Part shown: piece by piece, positions 45,401 through 60,400 of the stretch
Layout of the letters: each line of letters starts with the position of its first letter
Position numbering within the stretch: position 1 is the stretch's first letter
Assembly: GCA_032718475.1 (NCBI GenBank)
Contig: JAUCBJ010003287.1
Span: 1 to 64,000 of the forward strand
Direction: 5' to 3'
DNA length: 64,000 nt
DNA from: Nemertoderma westbladi
Taxonomy: Eukaryota; Animalia; Xenacoelomorpha
Position numbers and translations under genes: made by a program
Notes under the pieces: model-generated
Seen by the model: the letters and a program-made list of their open reading frames with translations, nothing else
Databases searched by the model: none
Told to the model about the DNA's origin: nothing

Positions 45401-48400
45401 AACAACCCCCTCTCACCGAAGCATTGAGGGGTAGGGCCGTAGGTGTAGGTATTGGATGAGGTGTGTTAACAACCCCCTCTCACCTAAATGTATGAAGCAT
45501 TGAGGGGTAGGGCCGTAGGTGTAGGTATTGGATGAGGTGTGTTAACAACCCCCTCTCACCTAAATGTATGAAGCATTAAGGGGTAGGGCCGTAGGTGTAG
45601 GTATTGGATGAGGTGGTTAACAACCCCCTCTCACCTAAATGTATGAAGCATTGAGGGGTAGGGCCGTAGGTGTAGGTATTGGATGTGGTGGGTTAACAAC
45701 CCCCTCTCACCTAAATGTATGAAGCATTGTGGGGTAGGGCCGTAGGTGTAGGTATTGGATGAGGTGGTTAACAACCCCCTCTCACCTAAATGTATGAAGC
45801 ATTGAGGGGTAGGGCCGTAGGTGTAGGTATTGGATGAGGTGGTTAACAACCCCCTCTCACCGAAGCACTGAGGGGTAGGGCCGTAGGTGTAGGTATTGGA
45901 TGAGGTGGGTTAACAACCCCCTCTCACCTAAATGTATGAAGCATTGAGGGGTAGGGCCGTAGGTGTAGGTATTGGATGAGGTGGTTAACAACCCCCTCTC
46001 ACCGAAGCATTGAGGGGTAGGGCCGTAGGTGTAGGTATTGGATGAGGTGGTTAACAACCCCCTCTCACCTAAATGTATGAAGCATTGAGGGGTAGGGCCG
46101 TAGGTGTAGGTATTGGATGAGGTGGTTAACAACCCCCTCTCACCGAAGCATTGAGGGGTAGGGCCGTAGGTGTAGGTATTGGATGAGGTGGATTAACAAC
46201 CCCCTCTCACCTAAATGTATGAAGCATTGAGGGGTAGGGCCGTAGGTGTAGGTATTGAATGAGGTGGGTTAACAACCCCCTCTCACCGAAGCATTGAGGG
46301 GTAGGGCCGTAGGTGTAGGTATTGGATGAGGTGATTAACAACCCCCTCTCACCGAAGCATTGAGGGGTAGGGCCGTAGGTGTAGGTATTGGATGAGGTGA
46401 TTAACAACCCCCTCTCACCTAAATGTATGAAGCATTGAGGGGTAGGGCCGTAGGTGTAGGTATTGGATGAGGTGGTTAACAACACCCTCTCACCGAAGCA
46501 TTGAGGGGTAGGGCCGTAGGTGTAGGTATTGGATGAGGTGGATTAACAACCCCCTCTCACCTAAATGTATGAAGCATTGAAGGGTAGGGCCGTAGGTGTA
46601 GGTATTGGATGAGGTGATTAACAACCCCCTCTCACCTAAATGTATGAAGCATTGAGGGGTAGGGCCGTAGGTGTAGGTATTGGATGAGGTGGTTAACAAC
46701 CCCCTCTCACCTAAATGTATGAAGCATTGAAGGGTAGGGCCGTAGGTGTAGGTATTGGCTGAGGTGGTTAACAACCCCCTCTCACCTAAATGTATGAAGC
46801 ATTGAGGGGTAGGGCCGTAGGTGTAGGTATTGGATGAGGTGGTTAACAACCCCCTCTCACATAAATGTACGAAGCATTGAGGGGTAGGGCCGTAGGTGTA
46901 GGTATTGGATGAAGTGGTTAACAACCCCCTCTCACCGAAGCATTGAGGGGTAGGGCCGTAGGTGTAGGTATTGGATGAGGTGGTTAACAACCCCCTCTCA
47001 CATAAATGTACGAAGCATTGAGGGGTAGGGCCGTAGGTGTAGGTATTGGATGAGGTGGTTAACAACCCCCTCTCACCGAAGCATTGAGGGGTAGGGCCGT
47101 AGGTGTAGGTATTGGATGAGGTGGTTAACAACCCCCTCTCACCTAAATGTATGAAGCATTGAGGGGTAGGGCCGTAGGTGTAGGTATTGGATGAGGTGTG
47201 TTAACAACCCCCTCTCACCTAAATGTATGAAGCATTGAGGGGTAGGGCCGTAGGTGTAGGTATTGGATGAGGTGGTTAACAACCCCCTCTCACCTAAATG
47301 TATGAAGAATTGAGGGGTAGGGCCGTAGGTGTAGGTATTGGATGAGGTGGTTAACAACCCCCTCTCACCGAAGCATTGAGGGGTAGGGCCGTAGGTGTAG
47401 GTATTGGATGAGGTGGGTTAACAACCCCCTCTCACCTAAATGTATGAAGCATTGAGGGGTAGGGCCGTAGGTGTAGGTATTGGATGAAGTGGATTAACAA
47501 CCCCCTCTCACCTAAATGTATGAAGCATTGAGGGGTAGGGCCGTAGGTGTAGGTATTGGATGAAGTGGATTAACAAACCCCTCTCACCTAAATGTATGAA
47601 GCATTGAGGGGTAGGGCCGTAGGTGTAGGTATTGAATGAGGTGATTAACAACCCCCTCTCACCTAAATGTATGAAGCATTGAGGGGTAGGGCCGTAGGTG
47701 TAGGTATTGGATGAGGTGTGTTAACAACCCCCTCTCACCTAAATGTATGAAGCATTCCGGGGTAGGGCCGTAGGTGTAGGTATTGGATGAGGTGGGTTAA
47801 CAACACCCTCTCACCTAAATGTATGAAGCATTGAGGGGTAGGGCCGTAGGTGTAGGTATTGGATGATGTGGTTAACAACCCCCTCTCACCGAAGCATTGA
47901 GGGGTAGGGCCGTAGGTGTAGGTATTGGATGAGGTGGTTAACAACCCCCTCTCACATAAATGTACGAAGCATTGAGGGGTAGGGCCGTAGGTGTAGGTAT
48001 TGGATGAGGTGGTTAACAACCCCCTCTCACCGAAGCATTGAGGGGTAGGGCCGTAGGTGTAGGTATTGGATGAGGTGGGTTAACAACCCCCTCTCACCTA
48101 AATGTATGAAGCATTGAGGGGTAGGGCCGTAGGTGTAGGTATTGGATGAGGTGGTTAACAACCCCCTCTCACCTAAATGTACGAAGCATTGAGGGGTAGG
48201 GCCGTTGGTGTAGGTATTGGATGAGGTGGTTAACAACCCCCTCTCACCGAAGCATTGAGGGGTAGGGCCGTAGGTGTAGGTATTGGATGAGGTGTGTTAA
48301 CAACCCCCTCTCACCTAAATGTATGAAGCATTGAGGGGTAGGGCCGTAGGTGTAGGTATTGGATGAGGTGTGTTAACAACCCCCTCCCACCTAAATGTAT

Positions 48401-51400
48401 GAAGCATTGAGGGGTAGGGCCGTAGGTGTAGGTATTGGATGAGGTGGTTAACAACCCCCTCTCACCTAAATGTATGAAGCATTGAGGGGTAGGGCCGTAG
48501 GTGTAGGTATTGGATGTGGTGGGTTAACAACCCCCTCTCACCTAAATGTATGAAGCATTGTGGGGTAGGGCCGTAGGTGTAGGTATTGGATGAGGTGGTT
48601 AACAACCCCCTCTCACCTAAATGTATGAAGCATTGAGGGGTAGGGCCGTAGGTGTAGGTATTGGATGAGGTGGTTAACAACCCCCTCTCACCGAAGCACT
48701 GAGGGGTAGGGCCGTAGGTGTAGGTATTGGATGAGGTGGGTTAACAACCCCCTCTCACCTAAATGTATGAAGCATTGAGGGGTAGCGCCGTAGGTGTAGA
48801 TATTGGATGAGGTGGGTTAACAACCCCCTCTCACCTAAATGTATGAAGCATTGAGGGGTAGGGCCGTAGGTGTAGGTATTGGATGAGGTGGTTAACAACC
48901 CCCTCTCACCGAAGCATTGAGGGGTAGGGCCGTAGGTGTAGGTATTGGATGAGGTGGTTAACAACCCCCTCTCACCTAAATGTATGAAGCATTGAGGGGT
49001 AGGGCCGTAGGTGTAGGTATTGGATGAGGTGGTTAACAACCCCCTCTCACCGAAGCATTGAGGGGTAGGGCCGTAGGTGTAGGTATTGGATGAGGTGGAT
49101 TAACAACCCCCTCTCACCTAAATGTATGAAGCATTGAGGGGTAGGGCCGTAGGTGTAGGTATTGAATGAGGTGGGTTAACAACCCCCTCTCACCGAAGCA
49201 TTGAGGGGTAGGGCCGTAGGTTTAGGTATTGGATGAGGTGATTAACAACCCCCTCTCACCGAAGCATTGAGGGGTAGGGCCGTAGGTGTAGGTATTGGAT
49301 GAGGTGATTAACAACCCCCTCTCACCTAAATGTATGAAGCATTGAGGGGTAGGGCCGTAGGTGTAGGTATTGGATGAGGTGGTTAACAACCCCCTCTCAC
49401 CGAAGCATTGAGGGGTAGGGCCGTAGGTGTAGGTATTGGATGAGGTGGATTAACAACCCCCTCTCACCTAAATGTATGAAGCATTGAAGGGTAGGGCCGT
49501 AGGTGTAGGTATTGGATGAGGTGATTAACAACCCCCTCTCACCTAAATGTATGAAGCATTGAGGGGTAGGGCCGTAGGTGTAGGTATTGGATGAGGTGGT
49601 TAACAACCCCCTCTCACCTAAATGTATGAAGCATTGAAGGGTAGGGCCGTAGGTGTAGGTATTGGATGAGGTGGTTAACAACCCCCTCTCACCTAAATGT
49701 ATGAAGCATTGAGGGGTAGGGCCGTAGGTGTAGGTATTGGATGAGGTGGTTAACAACCCCCTCTCACATAAATGTACGAAGCATTGAGGGGTAGGGCCGT
49801 AGGTGTAGGTATTGGATGAGGTGGTTAACAACCCCCTCTCACCGAAGCATTGAGGGGTAGGGCCGTAGGTGTAGGTATTGGATGAGGTGGTTAACAACCC
49901 CCTCTCACCTAAATGTATGAAGCATTGAGGGGTAGGGCCGTAGGTGTAGGTATTGGATGAGGTGGTTAACAACCCCCTCTCACCGAAGCATTGAGGGGTA
50001 GGGCCGTAGGTGTAGGTATTGGATGAGGTGGTTAACAACCCCCTCTCACCTAAATGTATGAAGCATTGAGGGGTAGGGCCGTAGGTGTAGGTATTGGATG
50101 AGGTGGTTAACAACCCCCTCTCACCGAAGCATTGAGGGGTAGGGCCGTAGGTGTAGGTATTGGATGAGGTGGGTTAACAACCCCCTCTCACCTAAATGTA
50201 TGAAGCATTGAGGGGTAGGGCCGTAGGTGTAGGTATTGGATGAAGTGGATTAACAACCCCCTCTCACCTAAATGTATGAAGCATTGAGGGGTAGGGCCGT
50301 AGGTGTAGGTATTGGATGAAGTGGATTAACAAACCCCTCTCACCTAAATGTATGAAGCATTGAGGGGTAGGGCCGTAGGTGTAGGTATTGAATGAGGTGA
50401 TTAACAACCCCCTCTCACCTAAATGTATGAAGCATTGAGGGGTAGGGCCGTAGGTGTAGGTATTGGATGAGGTGTGTTAACAACCCCCTCTCACCTAAAT
50501 GTATGAAGCATTCCGGGGTAGGGCCGTAGGTGTAGGTATTGGATGAGGTGGGTTAACAACACCCTCTCACCTAAATGTATGAAGCATTGAGGGGTAGGGC
50601 CGTAGGTGTAGGTATTGAATGAGGTGGGTTAACAACCCCCTCTCACCGAAGCATTGAGGGGTAGGGCCGTAGGTGTAGGTATTGGATGAGGTGGTTAACA
50701 ACCCCCTCTCACCGAAGCATTGAGGGGTAGGGCCGTAGGTGTAGGTATTGGATGAGGTGGGTTAACAACCCCCTCTCACCTAAATGTATGAAGCATTGAG
50801 GGGTAGGGCCGTAGGTGTAGGTATTGGATGAGGTGGTTAACAACCCCCTCTCACCTAAATGTACGAAGCATTGAGGGGTAGGGCCGTTGGTGTAGGTATT
50901 GGATGAGGTGGTTAACAACCCCCTCTCACCGAAGCATTGAGGGGTAGGGCCGTAGGTGTAGGTATTGGATGAGGTGTGTTAACAACCCCCTCTCACCTAA
51001 ATGTATGAAGCATTGAGGGGTAGGGCCGTAGGTGTAGGTATTGGATGAGGTGTGTTAACAACCCCCTCTCACCTAAATGTATGAAGCATTGAGGGGTAGG
51101 GCCGTAGGTGTAGGTATTGGATGAGGTGGTTAACAACCCCCTCTCACCTAAATGTATGAAGCATTGAGGGGTAGGGCCGTAGGTGTAGGTATTGGATGAG
51201 GTGGGTTAACAACCCCCTCTCACCTAAATGTATGAAGCATTGTGGGGTAGGGCCGTAGGTGTAGGTATTGGATGAGGTGGTTAACAACCCCCTCTCACCT
51301 AAATGTATGAAGCATTGAGGGGTAGGGCCGTAGGTGTAGGTATTGGATGAGGTGGTTAACAACCCCCTCTCACCTAAATGTATGAAGCATTGAGGGGTAG

Positions 51401-54400
51401 GGCCGTAGGTGTAGGTATTGGATGAGGTGTGTTAACAACCCCCTCTCACCTAAATGTATGAAGCATTGAGGGGTAGGGCCGTAGGTGTAGGTATTGGATG
51501 AGGTGGTTAACAACCCCCTCTCACCTAAATGTATGAAGCATTGAGGGGTAGGGCCGTAGGTGTAGGTATTGGATGAGGTGGGTTAACAACCCCCTCTCAC
51601 CTAAATGTATGAAGCATTGAGGGGTAGGGCCGTAGGTGTAGGTATTGGATGAGGTGGTTAACAACCCCCTCTCACCTAAATGTATGAAGCATTGAGGGGT
51701 AGGGCCGTAGGTGTAGGTATTGGATGAGGTGGTTAACAACCCCCTCTCACCTAAATTATGAAGCATTGAGGGGTAGGGCCGTAGGTGTAGGTATTGGATG
51801 AGGTGGTTAACAACCCCCTCTCACATAAATGTACGAAGCATTGAGGGGTAGGGCCGTAGGTGTAGGTATTGGATGAGGTGGGTTAACAACCCCCTCTCAC
51901 ATAAATGTACGAAGCATTGAGGGGTAGGGCCGTAGGTGTAGGTATTGGATGAGGTGGTTAACAACCCCCTCTCACCTAAATGTATGAAGCATTGAGGGGT
52001 AGGGCCGTAGGTGTAGGTATTGGATGAGGTGGTTAACAACCCCCTCTCACCTAAATGTATGAAGCATTGAGGGGTAGGGCCGTGGTGTAGGTATTGGATG
52101 AGGTGTGTTAACAACCCCCTCTCACCTAAATGTATGAAGCATTGAGGGGTAGGGCCGTAGGTGTAGGTATTGGATGAGGTGGTTAACAACCCCCTCTCAC
52201 CTAAATGTATGAAGCATTGAGGGGTAGGGCCGTAGGTGTAGGTATTGGATGTGGTGGGTTAACAACCCCCTCTCACCTAAATGTATGAAGCATTGTGGGG
52301 TAGGGCCGTAGGTGTAGGTATTGGATGAGGTGGTTAACAACCCCCTCTCACCTAAATGTATGAAGCATTGAGGGGTAGGGCCGTAGGTGTAGGTATTGGA
52401 TGAGGTGGTTAACAACCCCCTCTCACCGAAGCACTGAGGGGTAGGGCCGTAGGTGTAGGTATTGGATGAGGTGGGTTAACAACCCCCTCTCACCTAAATG
52501 TATGAAGCATTGAGGGGTAGCGCCGTAGGTGTAGATATTGGATGAGGTGGGTTAACAACCCCCTCTCACCTAAATGTATGAAGCATTGAGGGGTAGGGCC
52601 GTAGGTGTAGGTATTGGATGAGGTGGTTAACAACCCCCTCTCACCGAAGCATTGAGGGGTAGGGCCGTAGGTGTAGGTATTGGATGAGGTGGTTAACAAC
52701 CCCCTCTCACCTAAATGTATGAAGCATTGAGGGGTAGGGCCGTAGGTGTAGGTATTGGATGAGGTGGTTAACAACCCCCTCTCACCGAAGCATTGAGGGG
52801 TAGGGCCGTAGGTGTAGGTATTGGATGAGGTGGATTAACAACCCCCTCTCACCTAAATGTATGAAGCATTGAGGGGTAGGGCCGTAGGTGTAGGTATTGA
52901 ATGAGGTGGGTTAACAACCCCCTCTCACCGAAGCATTGAGGGGTAGGGCCGTAGGTGTAGGTATTGGATGAGGTGATTAACAACCCCCTCTCACCGAAGC
53001 ATTGAGGGGTAGGGCCGTAGGTGTAGGTATTGGATGAGGTGATTAACAACCCCCTCTCACCTAAATGTATGAAGCATTGAGGGGTAGGGCCGTAGGTGTA
53101 GGTATTGGATGAGGTGGTTAACAACCCCCTCTCACCGAAGCATTGAGGGGTAGGGCCGTAGGTGTAGGTATTGGATGAGGTGGATTAACAACCCCCTCTC
53201 ACCTAAATGTATGAAGCATTGAAGGGTAGGGCCGTAGGTGTAGGTATTGGATGAGGTGATTAACAACCCCCTCTCACCTAAATGTATGAAGCATTGAGGG
53301 GTAGGGCCGTAGGTGTAGGTATTGGATGAGGTGGTTAACAACCCCCTCTCACCTAAATGTATGAAGCATTGAAGGGTAGGGCCGTAGGTGTAGGTATTGG
53401 CTGAGGTGGTTAACAACCCCCTCTCACCTAAATGTATGAAGCATTGAGGGGTAGGGCCGTAGGTGTAGGTATTGGATGAGGTGGTTAACAACCCCCTCTC
53501 ACCGAAGCATTGAGGGGTAGGGCCGTAGGTGTAGGTATTGGATGAGGTGGTTAACAACCCCCTCTCACCTAAATGTATGAAGCATTGAGGGGTAGGGCCG
53601 TAGGTGTAGGTATTGGATGAGGTGGTTAACAACCCCCTCTCACCGAAGCATTGAGGGGTAGGGCCGTAGGTGTAGGTATTGGATGAGGTGGGTTAACAAC
53701 CCCCTCTCACCTAAATGTATGAAGCATTGAGGGGTAGGGCCGTAGGTGTAGGTATTGGATGAGGTGGTTAACAACCCCCTCTCACCGAAGCATTGAGGGG
53801 TAGGGCCGTAGGTGTAGGTATTGGATGAGGTGGGTTAACAACCCCCTCTCACCTAAATGTATGAAGCATTGAGGGGTAGGGCCGTAGGTGTAGGTATTGG
53901 ATGAAGTGGATTAAAAACCCCCTCTCACCTAAATGTATGAAGCATTGAGGGGTAGGGCCGTAGGTGTAGGTATTGGATGAAGTGGATTAACAAACCCCTC
54001 TCACCTAAATGTATGAAGCATTGAGGGGTAGGGCCGTAGGTGTAGGTATTGAATGAGGTGATTAACAACCCCCTCTCACCTAAATGTATGAAGCATTGAG
54101 GGGTAGGGCCGTAGGTGTAGGTATTGGATGAGGTGTGTTAACAACCCCCTCTCACCTAAATGTATGAAGCATTCCGGGGTAGGGCCGTAGGTGTAGGTAT
54201 TGGATGAGGTGGGTTAACAACACCCTCTCACCTAAATGTATGAAGCATTGAGGGGTAGGGCCGTAGGTGTAGGTATTGAATGAGGTGGGTTAACAACCCC
54301 CTCTCACCGAAGCATTGAGGGGTAGGGCCGTAGGTGTAGGTATTGGATGAGGTGGTTAACAACCCCCTCTCACCGAAGCATTGAGGGGTAGGGCCGTAGG

Positions 54401-57400
54401 TGTAGGTATTGGATGAGGTGGGTTAACAACCCCCTCTCACCTAAATGTATGAAGCATTGAGGGGTAGGGCCGTAGGTGTAGGTATTGGATGAGGTGGTTA
54501 ACAACCCCCTCTCACCTAAATGTACGAAGCATTGAGGGGTAGGGCCGTTGGTGTAGGTATTGGATGAGGTGGTTAACAACCCCCTCTCACCGAAGCATTG
54601 AGGGGTAGGGCCGTAGGTGTAGGTATTGGATGAGGTGTGTTAACAACCCCCTCTCACCTAAATGTATGAAGCATTGAGGGGTAGGGCCGTAGGTGTAGGT
54701 ATTGGATGAGGTGTGTTAACAACCCCCTCCCACCTAAATGTATGAAGCATTGAGGGGTAGGGCCGTAGGTGTAGGTATTGGATGAGGTGGTTAACAACCC
54801 CCTCTCACCTAAATGTATGAAGCATTGAGGGGTAGGGCCGTAGGTGTAGGTATTGGATGTGGTGGGTTAACAACCCCCTCTCACCTAAATGTATGAAGCA
54901 TTGTGGGGTAGGGCCGTAGGTGTAGGTATTGGATGAGGTGGTTAACAACCCCCTCTCACCTAAATGTATGAAGCATTGAGGGGTAGGGCCGTAGGTGTAG
55001 GTATTGGATGAGGTGGTTAACAACCCCCTCTCACCGAAGCACTGAGGGGTAGGGCCGTAGGTGTAGGTATTGGATGAGGTGGGTTAACAACCCCCTCTCA
55101 CCTAAATGTATGAAGCATTGAGGGGTAGCGCCGTAGGTGTAGGTATTGGATGAGGTGAGTTAACAACCCCCTCTCACCTAAATGTATGAAGCATTGAGGG
55201 GTAGGGCCGTAGGTGTAGGTATTGGATGAGGTGGTTAACAACCCCCTCTCACCGAAGCATTGAGGGGTAGGGCCGTAGGTGTAGGTATTGGATGAGGTGG
55301 TTAACAACCCCCTCTCACCTAAATGTATGAAGCATTGAGGGGTAGGGCCGTAGGTGTAGGTATTGGATGAGGTGGTTAACAACCCCCTCTCACCGAAGCA
55401 TTGAGGGGTAGGGCCGTAGGTGTAGGTATTGGATGAGGTGGATTAACAACCCCCTCTCACCTAAATGTATGAAGCATTGAGGGGTAGGGCCGTAGGTGTA
55501 GGTATTGAATGAGGTGGGTTAACAACCCCCTCTCACCGAAGCATTGAGGGGTAGGGCCGTAGGTGTAGGTATTGGATGAGGTGATTAACAACCCCCTCTC
55601 ACCGAAGCATTGAGGGGTAGGGCCGTAGGTGTAGGTATTGGATGAGGTGATTAACAACCCCCTCTCACCTAAATGTATGAAGCATTGAGGGGTAGGGCCG
55701 TAGGTGTAGGTATTGGATGAGGTGGTTAACAACCCCCTCTCACCGAAGCATTGAGGGGTAGGGCCGTAGGTGTAGGTATTGGATGAGGTGGATTAACAAC
55801 CCCCTCTCACCTAAATGTATGAAGCATTGAAGGGTAGGGCCGTAGGTGTAGGTATTGGATGAGGTGATTAACAACCCCCTCTCACCTAAATGTATGAAGC
55901 ATTGAGGGGTAGGGCCGTAGGTGTAGGTATTGGATGAGGTGGTTAACAACCCCCTCTCACCTAAATGTATGAAGCATTGAAGGGTAGGGCCGTAGGTGTA
56001 GGTATTGGCTGAGGTGGTTAACAACCCCCTCTCACCTAAATGTATGAAGCATTGAGGGGTAGGGCCGTAGGTGTAGGTATTGGATGAGGTGGTTAACAAC
56101 CCCCTCTCACATAAATGTACGAAGCATTGAGGGGTAGGGCCGTAGGTGTAGGTATTGGATGAGGTGGTTAACAACCCCCTCTCACCGAAGCATTGAGGGG
56201 TAGGGCCGTAGGTGTAGGTATTGGATGAGGTGGTTAACAACCCCCTCTCACATAAATGTACGAAGCATTGAGGGGTAGGGCCGTAGGTGTAGGTATTGGA
56301 TGAGGTGGTTAACAACCCCCTCTCACCGAAGCATTGAGGGGTAGGGCCGTAGGTGTAGGTATTGGATGAGGTGGTTAACAACCCCCTCTCACCTAAATGT
56401 ATGAAGCATTGAGGGGTAGGGCCGTAGGTGTAGGTATTGGATGAGGTGTGTTAACAACCCCCTCTCACCTAAATGTATGAAGCATTGAGGGGTAGGGCCG
56501 TAGGTGTAGGTATTGGATGAGGTGGTTAACAACCCCCTCTCACCTAAATGTATGAAGCATTGAAGGGTAGGGCCGTAGGTGTAGGTATTGGATGTGGTGG
56601 GTTAACAACCCCCTCTCACCTAAATGTATGAAGCATTGTGGGGTAGGGCCGTAGGTGTAGGTATTGGATGAGGTGGTTAACAACCCCCTCTCACCTAAAT
56701 GTATGAAGCATTGAGGGGTAGGGCCGTAGGTGTAGGTATTGGATGAGGTGGTTAACAACCCCCTCTCACCGAAGCATTGAGGGGTAGGGCCGTAGGTGTA
56801 GGTATTGGATGAGGTGGGTTAACAACCCCCTCTCACCTAAATGTATGAAGCATTGAGGGGTAGGGCCGTAGGTGTAGGTATTGGATGAGGTGGGTTAACA
56901 ACCCCCTCTCACCTAAATGTATGAAGCATTGAGGGGTAGGGCCGTAGGTGTAGGTATTGGATGAGGTGGTTAACAACCCCCTCTCACCGAAGCATTGAGG
57001 GGTAGGGCCGTAGGTGTAGGTATTGGATGAGGTGGGTTAACAACCCCCTCTCACCTAAATGTATGAAGCATTGAGGGGTAGCGCCGTAGGTGTAGGTATT
57101 GGATGAGGTGGGTTAACAACCCCCTCTCACCTAAATGTATGAAGCATTGAGGGGTAGGGCCGTAGGTGTAGGTATTGGATGAGGTGGTTAACAACCCCCT
57201 CTCACCGAAGCATTGAGGGGTAGGGCCGTAGGTGTAGGTATTGGATGAGGTGGTTAACAACCCCCTCTCACCTAAATGTATGAAGCATTGAGGGGTAGGG
57301 CCGTAGGTGTAGGTATTGGATGAGGTGGTTAACAACCCCCTATCACCGAAGCACTGAGGGGTAGGGCCGTAGGTGTAGGTATTGGATGAGGTGGGATAAC

Positions 57401-60400
57401 AACCCCCTCTCACCTAAATGTATGAAGCATTGAGGGGTAGCGCCGTAGGTGTAGGTATTGGATGAGGTGGGTTAACAACCCCCTCTCACCTAAATGTATG
57501 AAGCATTGAGGGGTAGGGCCGTAGGTGTAGGTATTGGATGAGGTGGTTAACAACCCCCTCTCACCGAAGCATTGAGGGGTAGGGCCGTAGGTGTAGGTAT
57601 TGGATGAGGTGGTTAACAACCCCCTCTCACCTAAATGTATGAAGCATTGAGGGGTAGGGCCGTAGGTGTAGGTATTGGATGAGGTGGTTAACAACCCCCT
57701 CTCACCGAAGCATTGAGGGGTAGGGCCGTAGGTGTAGGTATTGGATGAGGTGGATTAACAACCCCCTCTCACCTAAATGTATGAAGCATTGAGGGGTAGG
57801 GCCGTAGGTGTAGGTATTGAATGAGGTGGGTTAACAACCCCCTCTCACCGAAGCATTGAGGGGTAGGGCCGTAGGTGTAGGTATTGGATGAGGTGATTAA
57901 CAACCCCCTCTCACCGAAGCATTGAGGGGTAGGGCCGTAGGTGTAGGTATTGGATGAGGTGATTAACAACCCCCTCTCACCTAAATGTATGAAGCATTGA
58001 GGGGTAGGGCCGTAGGTGTAGGTATTGGATGAGGTGGTTAACAACCCCCTCTCACCGAAGCATTGAGGGGTAGGGCCGTAGGTGTAGGTATTGGATGAGG
58101 TGGATTAACAACCCCCTCTCACCTAAATGCATGAAGCATTGAAGGGTAGGGCCGTAGGTGTAGGTATTGGATGAGGTGATTAACAACCCCCTCTCACCTA
58201 AATGTATGAAGCATTGAGGGGTAGGGCCGTAGGTGTAGGTATTGGATGAGGTGGTTAACAACCCCCTCTCACCTAAATGTATGAAGCATTGAAGGGTAGG
58301 GCCGTAGGTGTAGGTATTGGCTGAGGTGGTTAACAACCCCCTCTCACCTAAATGTATGAAGCATTGAGGGGTAGGGCCGTAGGTGTAGGTATTGGATGAG
58401 GTGGTTAACAACCCCCTCTCACATAAATGTACGAAGCATTGAGGGGTAGGGCCGTAGGTGTAGGTATTGGATGAGGTGGTTAACAACCCCCTCTCACCGA
58501 AGCATTGAGGGGTAGGGCCGTAGGTGTAGGTATTGGATGAGGTGGTTAACAACCCCCTCTCACATAAATGTACGAAGCATTGAGGGGTAGGGCCGTAGGT
58601 GTAGGTATTGGATGAGGTGGTTAACAACCCCCTCTCACCGAAGCATTGAGGGGTAGGGCCGTAGGTGTAGGTATTGGATGAGGTGGTTAACAACCCCCTC
58701 TCACCTAAATGTATGAAGCATTGAAGGGTAGGGCCGTAGGTGTAGGTATTGGCTGAGGTGGTTAACAACCCCCTCTCACCTAAATGTATGAAGCATTGAG
58801 GGGTAGGGCCGTAGGTGTAGGTATTGGCTGAGGTGGTTAACAACCCCCTCTCACCTAAATGTATGAAGCATTGAGGGGTAGGGCCGTAGGTGTAGGTATT
58901 GGATGAGGTGGTTAACAACCCCCTCTCACCGAAGCATTGAGGGGTAGGGCCGTAGGTGTAGGTATTGGATGAGGTGGTTAACAACCCCCTCTCACCTAAA
59001 TGTATGAAGCATTGAGGGGTAGGGCCGTAGGTGTAGGTATTGGATGAGGTGGTTAACAACCCCCTCTCACCGAAGCATTGAGGGGTAGGGCCGTAGGTGT
59101 AGGTATTGGATGAGGTGGATTAACAACCCCCTCTCACCTAAATGTATGAAGCATTGAGGGGTAGGGCCGTAGGTGTAGGTATTGAATGAGGTGGGTTAAC
59201 AACCCCCTCTCACCGAAGCATTGAGGGGTAGGGCCGTAGGTGTAGGTATTGGATGAGGTGATTAACAACCCCCTCTCACCGAAGCATTGAGGGGTAGGGC
59301 CGTAGGTGTAGGTATTGGATGAGGTGATTAACAACCCCCTCTCACCTAAATGTATGAAGCATTGAGGGGTAGGGCCGTAGGTGTAGGTATTGGATGAGGT
59401 GGTTAACAACCCCCTCTCACCGAAGCATTGAGGGGTAGGGCCGTAGGTGTAGGTATTGGATGAGGTGGATTAACAACCCCCTCTCACCTAAATGCATGAA
59501 GCATTGAAGGGTAGGGCCGTAGGTGTAGGTATTGGATGAGGTGATTAACAACCCCCTCTCACCTAAATGTATGAAGCATTGAGGGGTAGGGCCGTAGGTG
59601 TAGGTATTGGATGAGGTGGTTAACAACCCCCTCTCACCTAAATGTATGAAGCATTGAAGGGTAGGGCCGTAGGTGTAGGTATTGGCTGAGGTGGTTAACA
59701 ACCCCCTCTCACCTAAATGTATGAAGCATTGAGGGGTAGGGCCGTAGGTGTAGGTATTGGATGAGGTGGTTAACAACCCCCTCTCACATAAATGTACGAA
59801 GCATTGAGGGGTAGGGCCGTAGGTGTAGGTATTGGATGAGGTGGTTAACAACCCCCTCTCACCGAAGCATTGAGGGGTAGGGCCGTAGGTGTAGGTATTG
59901 GATGAGGTGGTTAACAACCCCCTCTCACATAAATGTACGAAGCATTGAGGGGTAGGGCCGTAGGTGTAGGTATTGGATGAGGTGGTTAACAACCCCCTCT
60001 CACCGAAGCATTGAGGGGTAGGGCCGTAGGTGTAGGTATTGGATGAGGTGGTTAACAACCCCCTCTCACCTAAATGTATGAAGCATTGAAGGGTAGGGCC
60101 GTAGGTGTAGGTATTGGATGAGGTGATTAACAACCCCCTCTCACCTAAATGTATGAAGCATTGAGGGGTAGGGCCGTAGGTGTAGGTATTGGATGAGGTG
60201 GTTAACAACCCCCTCTCACCTAAATGTATGAAGCATTGAAGGGTAGGGCCGTAGGTGTAGGTATTGGCTGAGGTGGTTAACAACCCCCTCTCACCTAAAT
60301 GTATGAAGCATTGAGGGGTAGGGCCGTAGGTGTAGGTATTGGATGAGGTGGTTAACAACCCCCTCTCACATAAATGTACGAAGCATTGAGGGGTAGGGCC

